DNA of 64,000 bases, taken from contig JBAYKY010000001.1 of NCBI GenBank assembly GCA_041664385.1, forward strand, positions 367 to 64,366. The letters are read 5' to 3'. Positions within the stretch are counted from its first letter, which is position 1. The number at the start of each line of letters is the position of its first letter. The notes under the pieces were generated by a model, which was not told the origin of the DNA, did no database searches, and saw only the letters and a list, made by a program, of their open reading frames with translations. The stretch is from Minisyncoccota bacterium. Its GTDB lineage: Bacteria; Patescibacteriota; Minisyncoccia; UBA6257; GWB1-50-10. A program made the translations under genes and the position numbers. This document shows, piece by piece, positions 49,535-59,519 of this stretch.

Positions 49535-50023
49535 ATGGACATAAAAACATTCATTCATTCAAAAAGGTTTAAAATCATACTCTCGATACTGGGCGTATGT
49601 ATACTTGTTCTTCTCATATTCCAGGCGGGTATGTTTGTGGGCTACAGGAAGGCAGCATTTTCGTATGGTTGGGGTGAACACTATTATCGTGCATTTGGTG
49701 GCCCACGCGACATGATGCAACAATTTCCACGAGATGGGTTTCCTAACGCGCACGGCGCCTCAGGGAAAATACTTCAATTATCACTTCCTACATTTGTTAT
49801 TGAGGGACAAGATGGCATTGAAAAGGTTGTAATAATAAAAGAGGATACGATCGTAAGACGTTTTCGTGAAACAATAAAACCTACTAACCTCAAGATAGGT
49901 GATACCGTGGTGATTATTGGCACGCCAGATGAAAAATCACAAGTTGAAGCAAAACTTATACGAGTATTCCCCTCATCTATGCAATCAACATCGAAAGCAT
50001 CAACTACATCTCTTTCTCAATAA
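49535..50023 (+). CDS. Hypothetical membrane-anchored protein
   Basis: N-terminal TM helix. Confidence 0.4.
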   Translation: MDIKTFIHSKRFKIILSILGVCILVLLIFQAGMFVGYRKAAFSYGWGEHYYRAFGGPRDMMQQFPRDGFPNAHGASGKILQLSLPTFVIEGQDGIEKVVIIKEDTIVRRFRETIKPTNLKIGDTVVIIGTPDEKSQVEAKLIRVFPSSMQSTSKASTTSLSQ

Positions 50024-50029
50024 AACTAT

Positions 50030-51640
50030 ATGACAACATTGTTCAATTGGATTACAAAGCATAGATTTTTTGTTGTATCACTATGCCTACTACTCCTTGC
50101 AGGAGGATATTATGGATATACAAAATTAACTGCAAAACCCATTGCAACACAATATGTTTCCTCTGTGATAGAAAAGGGGACACTCATTGTATCTATCTCA
50201 GGAAGCGGGCAGGTGGCCGTCTTAAACCAACTCGATGTAAAACCTGAAGTTTCTGGCAGAATTACTTCAATCAACATCCGTAATGGTCAGTACGTCTCAG
50301 AAGGCGAAATTCTTGGAAATCTTGATACGCAGGATGTGGAAAAAACGATACGGGATGCAACAGTAAATCTCGAATCAAGTAAGTTACAGCTTTTAATTTT
50401 AAAAGAATCGGGGGCGAACATACAAAAGCTCGTCTCAGATGGATATAATGAAGTTGCAAATACATTTCTTGACCTCCCTTCGATAATTACTGGACTCAAT
50501 GCAATGTTGTATGACAATACAATTGCATCATATACAAATTTAGTTGACCCAAAAGACGCTGACCTCGTACGCCCACTTATTGATACCGCAGAAAGAAGCT
50601 ATACGGATGCGCGCGCCTCATATGATGCCTCTTTTTCTGACTATCATTTGGTAAGTCGATCAAGCCCGCAGGATAAAATTGTAAATTTTATTGCCGAGAC
50701 TTCAAATTCCTCAGTGAAAATTGCGGATGCAATAAAAAATATGGTGAATCTTATCGACTTCATCAATGATTACAATACAAAAAACAATCGAACCCTTTCT
50801 GCGGCATTTTCGAATCTCCTTACTAAGTACAAAACAAATTTAACGACCTATACATCAGAGATAAATCCACACATTGCTTCACTCTCATCAATACAATCCT
50901 CAATAAGCAATGCACCGCTAAATATCGCATCTCAAGAGCTTTCTATAAAACAACGTGAAAATACGCTTGCAGATACGAAAGATACACTAAAATATTACAC
51001 TATACACGCTCCCTTTGGTGGCATCATTGCAAGTACAAATCCAAAAATAGGGGACACTGTTTCACCTTCAACGGTGTTTGCAACACTTATTTCTTCAAGT
51101 CGCTATGCAGCCATCTCACTCAATGAGGTGGATGTTTCAAAAGTAAAAATAGGACAGAAAGCAACTCTCACGTTTGATGCGATTGATGGATATAGTGCAA
51201 CCGGCAAAGTCATCGAAATCGACACTATCGGAACAATTACACAAGGTGTAGTAACCTACAACGTCAAGGTTGGTTTTGACACAAAAGATGCGAGAGTGAA
51301 ACCTGGTATGAGTGTCACTGCATCAATTATTACCGATGTGCGACAAGATGTGGTACTTGCGCCAAATGCCGCAATAAAAATACAAGGAAATGAGCATTAT
51401 GTTGAGTTGGTAGGAAACACACAAACCACACCAATAAGTTCCTCAACCACGACTATAGTCACAGAACGCCGTACTGTTACGATAGGAGCTTCGAATGATA
51501 CTATGACCGAAATAGTAAGTGGTTTAGCAGTTGGGGATGAAGTTGTCACGCGCACCATCACTCCAACCACACAAGCAACAACCCAGACGCAAGGCGTAGG
51601 AGGAATCAGAATCCCTGGCCTCGGTGGAACTGGCCGATAA
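50030..51640 (+). CDS. HlyD/MacA-like periplasmic adaptor (membrane fusion protein)
   Basis: N-terminal TM, long coiled-coil middle, lipoyl/beta-barrel-like YTIHAPFGGIIASTNPKIGDTV; directly upstream of a MacB-like ABC pair. Confidence 0.7.
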   Translation: MTTLFNWITKHRFFVVSLCLLLLAGGYYGYTKLTAKPIATQYVSSVIEKGTLIVSISGSGQVAVLNQLDVKPEVSGRITSINIRNGQYVSEGEILGNLDTQDVEKTIRDATVNLESSKLQLLILKESGANIQKLVSDGYNEVANTFLDLPSIITGLNAMLYDNTIASYTNLVDPKDADLVRPLIDTAERSYTDARASYDASFSDYHLVSRSSPQDKIVNFIAETSNSSVKIADAIKNMVNLIDFINDYNTKNNRTLSAAFSNLLTKYKTNLTTYTSEINPHIASLSSIQSSISNAPLNIASQELSIKQRENTLADTKDTLKYYTIHAPFGGIIASTNPKIGDTVSPSTVFATLISSSRYAAISLNEVDVSKVKIGQKATLTFDAIDGYSATGKVIEIDTIGTITQGVVTYNVKVGFDTKDARVKPGMSVTASIITDVRQDVVLAPNAAIKIQGNEHYVELVGNTQTTPISSSTTTIVTERRTVTIGASNDTMTEIVSGLAVGDEVVTRTITPTTQATTQTQGVGGIRIPGLGGTGR

Positions 51641-51644
51641 TCGT

Positions 51645-52361
51645 ATGATTGAATGTAATAATATCACCAAGGTATATACAAACGGGGACATAAAAACCAC
51701 AGTTCTTAAAGGTGTTTCATTTGTAATAAAAGATGGGGAATATATTGCTATTATGGGCCCTTCCGGTTCAGGAAAATCGACTCTTATGCATATCCTAGGT
51801 GCGCTTGATAGCCCAACCTCAGGAACATACGCATTGGATGGACACGATGTATCGAAACTTTCTGATGATGCGTTAGCTGACGTACGAAAAAATAAAATTG
51901 GATTCGTATTTCAATCATTCAATCTTCTTTCGCGCGCAACAGTGATGCGCAATGTAGCATTGCCACTTCTTTATTCAAATATCCCGAGACCAACACGAAC
52001 CACGCGAGTGGAACAGGCGCTCATTGCTGCAGGTCTTGAAAAAGAGCGTTGGCATCATCTCTCAAATCAATTATCGGGTGGTCAAATGCAACGTGTCGCT
52101 ATCGCCCGCGCATTAGTAAATGATCCGAGCATTATTTTTGCTGATGAGCCGACTGGTAATCTTGACTCGAAAACAGGGGAAATAGTATTAGATACATTTC
52201 AAAAATTAAACGAAAATCACACGCATACAATTGTGCTTATCACTCACGAACGCTATGTTGCGGAACACGCCGATAGAATAATTCAAATTCAAGACGGTAA
52301 TATTGTAGAAGACAAGAAAAATACCAACAAACGATTTTCAAATCATCACCATACATCATGA
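51645..52361 (+). CDS. ABC transporter ATP-binding protein (MacB/LolD/FtsE-type)
   Basis: [10 protein letters not shown]; [15 protein letters not shown]; [10 protein letters not shown]. Confidence 0.88.
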   Translation: MIECNNITKVYTNGDIKTTVLKGVSFVIKDGEYIAIMGPSGSGKSTLMHILGALDSPTSGTYALDGHDVSKLSDDALADVRKNKIGFVFQSFNLLSRATVMRNVALPLLYSNIPRPTRTTRVEQALIAAGLEKERWHHLSNQLSGGQMQRVAIARALVNDPSIIFADEPTGNLDSKTGEIVLDTFQKLNENHTHTIVLITHERYVAEHADRIIQIQDGNIVEDKKNTNKRFSNHHHTS

Positions 52362-53581
52362 AATTATTCGATCTCGTATCAGAAACATATTCATCACTTA
52401 CCGTAAACAAAGTAAGGACTGGCCTTACGATGCTTGGCATTGTAATTGGAATAGGCTCCGTAATTGCGATGGTATCTATTGGACAAGGTGCACAAAGTTC
52501 AATTGAATCGAGTATTCAATCAATAGGTTCAAATCTTTTAATTGTAACCCCTGGTGCACAACGTGGTCCCGGTGTGCAAATAAGCGCGGGACGTGGTACT
52601 GCGCAAACATTAAAACAAGAAGATGCGGATGCAATAATAAAAGAAATTACACTTGCAAAGGCAGTTGCTCCAGAAATCTCGAGAAGATACCAAATTACCG
52701 CACGAGGAACAAATACCAATACGCAGGTAGTGGGTACTATTGCGGCGTATCCATCAGTACGCAATATTGAAATTGATACAGGATCCTTTATTACAGACCA
52801 AAATAGTAAAAGTCTTTCACGTGTTGTGGTAATAGGACCAACCGTACGCGACGACCTTTTTGGGATTGATACTGATCCACTTGGACAATCGATTCGCATC
52901 AATAAAGTTGATTTTAAAATAATTGGACTTACGAAAGCAAAAGGGGGTAGTGGATTTGGAAGTCAGGACGATATGGTCTTCGTTCCACTTTCAACCGCAC
53001 AACGATACCTCGCAGGTGATACATACGTTACTACGATAAGTATTGCAGCAAATGATGCCGCCTCGATGCCACTTATTCAGCAACAAGTAAAAGACTTGCT
53101 CCTTACGCGACACAAAATTCAAGACCCTGCATTGGCTGATTTTAGTATCTTAAACCAAGCAGATATAGTAGCGACTGCATCCTCAGTAACTGGGGTGTTT
53201 ACAATGCTTTTGGGAGCCATTGCAGGCATTTCTCTTCTCGTGGGAGGTATTGGTATCATGAATATGATGCTTACTACCGTAACGGAGCGTACTCGTGAAA
53301 TTGGACTCCGAAAAGCTATTGGTGCAAAAAAACGAGATATAAGTATTCAGTTTCTTGCAGAATCTATACTCCTTACCTTTTTAGGTGGCGTTATTGGGGT
53401 GCTCTTTGGATGGATATGTGCTTGGGCAGTCACTACTTTTGCGGGTATTGTTACAAGTATTTCAACCTCATCGGTTCTGCTAGCATTCGGAGTTTCCGCG
53501 GCGATTGGTATCGTCTTTGGATACTATCCGGCACGTCGAGCGGCAGGTCTTAACCCAATTGAAGCACTTCGATACGAATGA
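52358..53581 (+). CDS. ABC transporter permease, MacB/FtsX family
   Basis: N-terminal TM, large periplasmic domain, C-terminal FtsX-like three-TM bundle. Confidence 0.85.
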   Translation: MKLFDLVSETYSSLTVNKVRTGLTMLGIVIGIGSVIAMVSIGQGAQSSIESSIQSIGSNLLIVTPGAQRGPGVQISAGRGTAQTLKQEDADAIIKEITLAKAVAPEISRRYQITARGTNTNTQVVGTIAAYPSVRNIEIDTGSFITDQNSKSLSRVVVIGPTVRDDLFGIDTDPLGQSIRINKVDFKIIGLTKAKGGSGFGSQDDMVFVPLSTAQRYLAGDTYVTTISIAANDAASMPLIQQQVKDLLLTRHKIQDPALADFSILNQADIVATASSVTGVFTMLLGAIAGISLLVGGIGIMNMMLTTVTERTREIGLRKAIGAKKRDISIQFLAESILLTFLGGVIGVLFGWICAWAVTTFAGIVTSISTSSVLLAFGVSAAIGIVFGYYPARRAAGLNPIEALRYE

Positions 53582-53596
53582 GAAATAATAAAACAT

Positions 53597-54022
53597 ATGA
53601 AATATATTAAAAAAAATAGTCCAATTATGTGGGGCATAATCATACTCGCAGTAGCACTTTTAAGTTTTTGGGGTGGCACCAACTACAACACTTCAACAAG
53701 CGGAAACCAAAACAGTTTTTCAAGAAATGGGGCACAGACAAATACCACAGGAAGAAAGGGATTCATGCAAAACGGTGGGTTCATTTCCGGCGAAATTGTG
53801 AATAAAGATGATAAAAGTATTACGGTAAAGGCGCAGGATGGCAGTTCAAGGTTCATCTTCTTTTCTCAAATAACAAAAATTGTAAAATCAACCGATGCAA
53901 CGCTTGCCGACCTTGAAGTCGGCAAAGAAATTACTGCAAATGGAACACCAAATTCAGACGGTAGTATAACCGCACAATCAATTCAATTGCGCTCGGGAAT
54001 GCCGCGCACCACGCCTCAATAA
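53597..54022 (+). CDS. Hypothetical secreted protein
   Basis: Signal/TM N-terminus. Confidence 0.4.
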   Translation: MKYIKKNSPIMWGIIILAVALLSFWGGTNYNTSTSGNQNSFSRNGAQTNTTGRKGFMQNGGFISGEIVNKDDKSITVKAQDGSSRFIFFSQITKIVKSTDATLADLEVGKEITANGTPNSDGSITAQSIQLRSGMPRTTPQ

Positions 54023-54052
54023 GCATTCCTATTGAGTAGCGGAAGGCACTTC

Positions 54053-54085
54053 AAAAACTCCTCACATACGTGAGGAGTTTTTATT
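54053..54085. terminator. Bidirectional rho-independent terminator
   Basis: AAAAACTCCTCAC-ATAC-GTGAGGAGTTTTTATT. Confidence 0.75.
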
Positions 54086-54512
54086 AGATGTTGGTTCCTT
54101 GCACTATTCCTTCTTTAGATTTTCTGAAGAATGAATCAAGACTTAGTACGTCGGGACCAAAGAAGAAAACAGCGAAAGTTGCAATGACAATACCATAATC
54201 ACGCACGCCTATCGCGTTATAACCCACAATAAGAGTAATATCGAGCATATGCACCGCGAGAAGAAGTGCGCTCACTCTCGTAAAAAATCCGAAAAGAAGT
54301 GCCAAACCAAATACTATTTCAAATGCGCCATTACAATACACAAGCATTTGAGCACTCACAGGGGAAAGTGCCACAATTGATTTCGGAATATAACTCACCC
54401 ACATAAGAGGGGAGATAAGTTGCTGTAAACCAAACCATAAATACACAACGGTTATTCCAATACGAAGAAATGCAGGGGCAATAAGTGGAAATCGATTCAT
54501 AAAATTATTCAT
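54084..54512 (-). CDS. DoxX-family membrane protein
   Basis: Four TM helices; DoxX-like pattern. Confidence 0.75.
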   Translation of the reverse strand: MNNFMNRFPLIAPAFLRIGITVVYLWFGLQQLISPLMWVSYIPKSIVALSPVSAQMLVYCNGAFEIVFGLALLFGFFTRVSALLLAVHMLDITLIVGYNAIGVRDYGIVIATFAVFFFGPDVLSLDSFFRKSKEGIVQGTNI

Positions 54513-54518
54513 ACTCTT

Positions 54519-54953
54519 TTATTTAAGAATACCAATCTTAAGAGAAGCGAGTTCGCTCTCCGGACTTCGCCTTCCTCCATGCTGATCAACAAACGATGCG
54601 GTGCTATCATTTCCACACATACTAATAATAGCCTCGGAGCCTCCAGGATGCTGATTAATCCATTCAGTAAGATTATACACTCCGCCACGCACCACACTCC
54701 AACAATCCTGAGCATTATCATGCCTCGTCACTTCCACGAGGGTATAACTTTTTTCCCCTTGTGTAGTAGGAACGGACGCTTGTGCGGGTGCTGCAGGCAC
54801 TTTCTGACCACCCACCAAACTTGAAGTTGCACTTTGTGGTACAGGCTTTCCAACCGAAATTTGTATAGTTACCTGACTTCGCACGAACACAATACCAATA
54901 ATAATGAGTCCCGCAACACCGAGAAATACGATTGTAGAAGTTATTTTATTCAT
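54519..54953 (-). CDS. Membrane-anchored cytochrome b5-like heme-binding domain protein
   Basis: TM anchor; VTRHDNAQDCWSVVRGGVYNLTEWINQHPGG matches the cyt-b5 fold (HPGG heme-ligand motif). Confidence 0.8.
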   Translation of the reverse strand: MNKITSTIVFLGVAGLIIIGIVFVRSQVTIQISVGKPVPQSATSSLVGGQKVPAAPAQASVPTTQGEKSYTLVEVTRHDNAQDCWSVVRGGVYNLTEWINQHPGGSEAIISMCGNDSTASFVDQHGGRRSPESELASLKIGILK

Positions 54954-55025
54954 ATAACACAGTAATTATACTACGCTCCAATAGAAAATAAAATTTCACC
55001 CCTCATTCAATGAGGGGTGTGTATA

Positions 55026-55418
55026 TTACTGTTTTTTCTTCTTTCTTTTAATTTTCTCCCAAAATTCAGTAGAATTTCGTTTTCTGAAATTTGTTTCTTT
55101 CTCCGCGTGTAGCTTACAAAAAGGATGATCTCCTGCAAATTGTGTATGTCGAATCCATACTGCATCCGCACTACACTCAATACACTGCTTTTGATTCTTA
55201 CTTCCTTTGCGAATCAAAATCATGGATACAAAAATACGAATTTTTTGTTTTGCACCACACGAAGGACATTTAATTTCTTCTTGTCCACAATTCTTGTTCG
55301 CCCAATATGTGGAACTTCCCAAAGGCAAAAGACACTCAAAGAGGTCTGTTTCTATACCGTGAGAACACTTCAAACAAGGGAACGCTCCTTTAAGATTGTT
55401 TCTTTGCGCGCGTGCCAT
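55026..55418 (-). CDS. Small zinc-ribbon protein (paralog of 58420-58653)
   Basis: PCLKCSHGIE...CPSCGAKQKI plus a second Cys/His pair CIECS...CKLH; basic C-terminal tail. Confidence 0.5.
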   Translation of the reverse strand: MARAQRNNLKGAFPCLKCSHGIETDLFECLLPLGSSTYWANKNCGQEEIKCPSCGAKQKIRIFVSMILIRKGSKNQKQCIECSADAVWIRHTQFAGDHPFCKLHAEKETNFRKRNSTEFWEKIKRKKKKQ

Positions 55419-55547
55419 GACCGAATCTCCCTTCTTTATTGTTAAATAGCATTGCTGCCGTCTGGAACAGATACTAGCACTCCAACAAAAAATTGCAAAA
55501 TTACTACTATTTCTAATAAAAACCCCGCTCTTAAGGCGGGGAATGAG

Positions 55548-56243
55548 TCATCCATCAATGCCGAGATATTTTAAATTTCGAAAAAGTGGTTGTTCTAAAT
55601 CGAAATAGCGATCAACTATGTTTTTTGGTTTTTCCAAAAGTGGCACGATTTTTATATCGGGCCATGGATGTATACTGCAAGGAAAGGGAACAGATGTATT
55701 CTCAATGAGAACGGTGTTCAGCGTCGAGCCAGCTTGTTTAAGGATGAAATTGCGGTGAATACCATCAGTAATCACCATATCGTTTCCATGCATTTCAACA
55801 AGCGGCGGAAGATAGCACGCAAGCGCTGGCTCATTTGAGCCGTTGATGCCAAAAATAAAATAAGCACCAAGATCGCTCAATCCGCCATTCACCGCAAGAA
55901 AACCTTGAAAAATGTTTGGAATATTTTCAAGCATCTTCTGATAATTCTCACGATAGATGAATTTCTGACCAATCTTCAAATAGCGCGGGTCTATCTTTAT
56001 CATCTGTATTCGCGCTCGCGCATACGGAAGTTGCCCATCCATCGTTTGAATACGTTGAATAAGATGAAGCAAGAGATCCGTACTTATGGGAATCGGCGGG
56101 GAAGTAATGGTGGTAATATCTCGCAAGGGAACAATGCGCTTCACTGCCTTTACATTTGGCAAATGAAGTTGAGTTTCAAACTCATTAAGCGAAAGTGCAA
56201 TGCGATTCAAAAAATCGTCGGTTTGTATTTGCCATGCGGGCAT
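55548..56243 (-). CDS. Hypothetical protein with ParB/sulfiredoxin-like DG-x-HR motif
   Basis: VITDGIHRNFILKQAG resembles the ParB N-terminal nuclease/CTP-binding motif. Confidence 0.45.
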   Translation of the reverse strand: MPAWQIQTDDFLNRIALSLNEFETQLHLPNVKAVKRIVPLRDITTITSPPIPISTDLLLHLIQRIQTMDGQLPYARARIQMIKIDPRYLKIGQKFIYRENYQKMLENIPNIFQGFLAVNGGLSDLGAYFIFGINGSNEPALACYLPPLVEMHGNDMVITDGIHRNFILKQAGSTLNTVLIENTSVPFPCSIHPWPDIKIVPLLEKPKNIVDRYFDLEQPLFRNLKYLGIDG

Positions 56244-56407
56244 AAGTAATTCCTTTCTTTTTTATTGGTAAGCTTCTGTAAAAAAGCATACGCGCAATGA
56301 TAGAGATGAGTCAATAATCTGAGGATATTGACTTTTATACTAAAATAGCGTATTCTAATGTCAGTTCACTTTATTACTCAACTATCATATTTGAAAGGAA
56401 ATCAGTT

Positions 56408-56923
56408 ATGCTCACCATAAAAGGTGTTCGGATCTATCGCATAGATGCGGATCTGGGAAAGACTCACTTCTTCTCACATGTGCATCCGCGCTCATTGTCT
56501 CCACTTCAAAAAATATCATTTGGAAAATTTGAGATGGAAGATATTGCAATGCGTTTACTTACTCTTTCCATTGAAGCAAAGCAATGGGTTGGCGCGTCAT
56601 TCCGTGATTTTGTGTTGAGTGAGCAGCTTCGCATGCGCGATACTATTCGCAAAAAATTACCAAAATTTGGTTATATGACACGAGTTCCAAAACTTCCGAA
56701 AAATGCTGAACATATTCCAACTGCATTTTCAGGAAGAATGGGGGCTATGTCAGAAATTTCAACCGTCAAAGGATTTCCACTCAGTGTGGTTATAGGAATC
56801 GGAATGCTTCAAGAAAAAGGGATGATAGCTATTTCTCATGAAAGTCGTGAGGATGTTATTGTGCCAACAGAAGCACTCATTCTTAAAGTTTTGAAGCCGA
56901 GACTCTTATCCTCAAAGCTATAA
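56408..56923 (+). CDS. Hypothetical protein (171 aa)
   Basis: ORF; terminator follows. Confidence 0.4.
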   Translation: MLTIKGVRIYRIDADLGKTHFFSHVHPRSLSPLQKISFGKFEMEDIAMRLLTLSIEAKQWVGASFRDFVLSEQLRMRDTIRKKLPKFGYMTRVPKLPKNAEHIPTAFSGRMGAMSEISTVKGFPLSVVIGIGMLQEKGMIAISHESREDVIVPTEALILKVLKPRLLSSKL

Positions 56924-56941
56924 AACGAAAGTAAGAATATA

Positions 56942-56967
56942 AAAGCCGCGTACTATACGCGGCTTTC
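56942..56967 (+). terminator. Rho-independent terminator
   Basis: AAAGCCGCGTA-CTA-TACGCGGCTTT. Confidence 0.65.
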
Positions 56968-56987
56968 TATTGAATAAAAACGGCTCG

Positions 56988-57719
56988 TTATGAGCCGTTC
57001 AAGTTTTTTGCTTCGAGCGTTGAGAGAATTTGCTCGGCAATAGTGCTTACCATTTCCTGTTCACCAAGGGTCGTAGTGTTCAAAAGATGGAGATTCGGAT
57101 TGGTGGGAGAAAGTACCTTATACGCCGCCTCATAGCGCGAAACAAGCGTTGCTATGGTTTTCGGATTCGATGTTTCTCCCGCTTTCTGCGAGAGCGCAAT
57201 ACGTAGTTCGCGCTGCATCGCATCTTCGGGATTACACACCATGAAATAGGCAGCATCAATTTCATTAATCCAGAGTCGACTCAAGAAAAAATTCTGATAA
57301 AGCTCTTTTTCTCTTGGGAGAAGTTTTTGTTTCTCTTCCCAATACATCATCCATACATAGGCGTCGAAAATGGCACGGTCAAAGATAACGAGGTCATATT
57401 GATGCCCTCGGCTTAAGTCGAGCAATAATGAAAGTGCATAGAGTCCGGTACGTATGTTATATACGGGTGTATCCCGGGTAATATGTCGAATTACTTCAGC
57501 ACCTTCTTGTGGTCGCCATACACGAAATCCCATACGACGAAAGAACTTATCAAGTTCCGTAATCGTGGTGGTCTTTCCTGCAGACGGGGAACCGGTTATT
57601 TCGATAAAGAACGGACGAGGCATAAATTCCTTATCGTATCGAATATTACTTTTCAAATACTGAAGCAAACGCTTTGCTTTTACTTCAAAGAGTGCTTCTT
57701 GATCTTGCGTAATGGTCAT
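56988..57719 (-). CDS. P-loop nucleoside/nucleotide kinase-like protein (deoxynucleoside-kinase-like)
   Basis: Walker A ITGSPSAGKTT; DRAIFDAYVW resembles the dNK ERS/DR motif region. Confidence 0.5.
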   Translation of the reverse strand: MTITQDQEALFEVKAKRLLQYLKSNIRYDKEFMPRPFFIEITGSPSAGKTTTITELDKFFRRMGFRVWRPQEGAEVIRHITRDTPVYNIRTGLYALSLLLDLSRGHQYDLVIFDRAIFDAYVWMMYWEEKQKLLPREKELYQNFFLSRLWINEIDAAYFMVCNPEDAMQRELRIALSQKAGETSNPKTIATLVSRYEAAYKVLSPTNPNLHLLNTTTLGEQEMVSTIAEQILSTLEAKNLNGS

Positions 57720-57770
57720 ACGACCTCCTTTTGTTGTACTAGTAATGAACTATTGATTAGAATAGAAGAA

Positions 57771-58349
57771 ATGAGGAAAAGAAGTCAATCAAATATAAAA
57801 ATAGGACTTGATATGGATGGGGTACTTATTGACCACACAGGAATTCGCATTAAGCTCGCTAAAGAATATGGCTTTGCCTTAATTCCCAAAGACACTCCTT
57901 CGGATATATTGCGCACTATCCTTCCCGATAAAGAGCGGTGGGCAATTCAAAATACAATTTACAATGATCCACTCGTTTCGCTTGAGGCGCCTCTCATTAA
58001 AAACGTTGAAGAAAGTTTAAAGCGACTAACAGAATTAGAAATTCCATTTTTTCTTATTTCTCGCAGAAAGGATGCGAATCTTGCAATGCGACTCCTTGAA
58101 GCACGTGGTATCTGGCCGCGCTATTTTAATCCTGAAAACACACACTTTGTTATAACTCCTGAGGATAAAGACACGGAGGCAATAAAGCTCGGGATTACAC
58201 ACTATGTGGACGATGAGACAAAAGTACTTAAAGCACTCAACTCCGTCCCACATAAAATACTTTTTGATCCCTACGATGCTCAAGAAGAGGGGGATTATGT
58301 ACGGGCTCACTCATGGGAAGATGTTATGCAACATTTTCTAAACCAATAA
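57771..58349 (+). CDS. HAD-superfamily 5'(3')-deoxyribonucleotidase-like hydrolase (NT5C-like)
   Basis: KIGLDMDGVLIDHT matches the NT5C-type DxDGV motif; the ORF portion upstream of 57771 overlaps the divergent kinase and is rejected. Confidence 0.6.
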   Translation: MRKRSQSNIKIGLDMDGVLIDHTGIRIKLAKEYGFALIPKDTPSDILRTILPDKERWAIQNTIYNDPLVSLEAPLIKNVEESLKRLTELEIPFFLISRRKDANLAMRLLEARGIWPRYFNPENTHFVITPEDKDTEAIKLGITHYVDDETKVLKALNSVPHKILFDPYDAQEEGDYVRAHSWEDVMQHFLNQ

Positions 58350-58419
58350 CCATTGACTTATTTGTTAATATATGATACTATCATCCCAGCAATTAATTCA
58401 CATTATTCTGGAGGTTTGA

Positions 58420-58653
58420 ATGAAGCATAGCGAAACAAATTTGAAAGCAACGCTTCCTTGTATCCATTGTGGGAAAGAAATCGAAGTGCATCTCTATGCG
58501 AGTCCACTTCATGGGGACGGCGGAAAAAGTTTGGGATATCAAGGAAATAAACATGGAGGTCGACAAGAAGTTATTTGTACTTCGTGTGGCACCAAACAAT
58601 TATTTGGTATTTCAATTAGTGTTGAAAAATGCGGCGTTACACTTGCTGCATAA
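58420..58653 (+). CDS. Small zinc-ribbon protein (paralog of 55026-55418)
   Basis: LPCIHCGKEIE...CTSCGTKQLF; GGAGG RBS 6 nt before ATG; terminator follows. Confidence 0.55.
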   Translation: MKHSETNLKATLPCIHCGKEIEVHLYASPLHGDGGKSLGYQGNKHGGRQEVICTSCGTKQLFGISISVEKCGVTLAA

Positions 58654-58654
58654 A

Positions 58655-58690
58655 AAGGAAATCCCGATATATATCGGGATTTTTTATTTT
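58655..58690 (+). terminator. Rho-independent terminator
   Basis: AAGGAAATCCCGATA-TATA-TCGGGATTTTTTATTTT. Confidence 0.75.
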
Positions 58691-58766
58691 GCCACTTCTT
58701 TGAATGTCCTGATTTTTTGTATTTATCCTTTCTGACTCCCGCGAGGAAGTAAATGATTCTTTCGTA

Positions 58767-59510
58767 TTATTCAAATTCTACGAAAAGCGGAGAGTGATCG
58801 GAAACTTCATCAGGCAAGACCTTAAAATTTATTTCCTTTACGTTGTCGGATAGAAAAATGTAATCAGCAAATCTTTCAGATTTCTTATAGTGGCTTGTGC
58901 GCGTAGAGGTAATATGGTGTTTTGCAATCAAATTTACCATTTCATTTTCTATCATATGCACGCTCTCGGTATCAGGCCGCAGATTAAAATCTCCGGAGAG
59001 TATTTTAGGAATGGCTCTATTTTTCTTCAAAAATGCGACGATTCTTTCCGACTGCTTTATGCGGATTAAGGTGTCTCCCTTGCCAGTTCCAGTCCAATGT
59101 CCATGCATATTCATAATAAGCACCTCTCTCTTATCCTTAATCTTTAGCCACTGAAGCTTTCTCCCGTGATCACTTTCATCTTCTGCGGTATATGCTTTAT
59201 TTTCATGAAGGCACACTTCGCCTGTTTCTAAAACTTCTATATCTTTTTTTACGAATGTCGCGAGTCCATAAAACTCACCATGAATTGGGCAAAAATAACC
59301 AATGTGATTCGTAAGTATAGATTGAATTTCATCAAAAAGTTTTTCATTGCCACCCTCTTCAAAAATAAAATCGGTAGTGCGCGTTGTTTCATCAAGATTG
59401 TGGAATATCTCCTGGAAGCAAAAGATATCGATGTCCTTATTTTTTAAAAGGAATTGAGAAAGGGGATCACGCAACTTTCCTGCTAATGTGTTTAACGTAA
59501 TGAGTTTCAT
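58767..59510 (-). CDS. Endonuclease/exonuclease/phosphatase (EEP) family protein
   Basis: N-terminal FCFQE and C-terminal SDHSPL catalytic motifs. Confidence 0.85.
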   Translation of the reverse strand: MKLITLNTLAGKLRDPLSQFLLKNKDIDIFCFQEIFHNLDETTRTTDFIFEEGGNEKLFDEIQSILTNHIGYFCPIHGEFYGLATFVKKDIEVLETGEVCLHENKAYTAEDESDHGRKLQWLKIKDKREVLIMNMHGHWTGTGKGDTLIRIKQSERIVAFLKKNRAIPKILSGDFNLRPDTESVHMIENEMVNLIAKHHITSTRTSHYKKSERFADYIFLSDNVKEINFKVLPDEVSDHSPLFVEFE

Positions 59511-59519
59511 ACTTATTTC

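Noticed and set aside
57483-57770. N-terminal extension of the HAD/NT5C-like ORF
   Set aside because: Overlaps the divergent kinase-like gene on the opposite strand; the DMDGVL motif and a plausible start at 57771 make the shorter gene model preferable.
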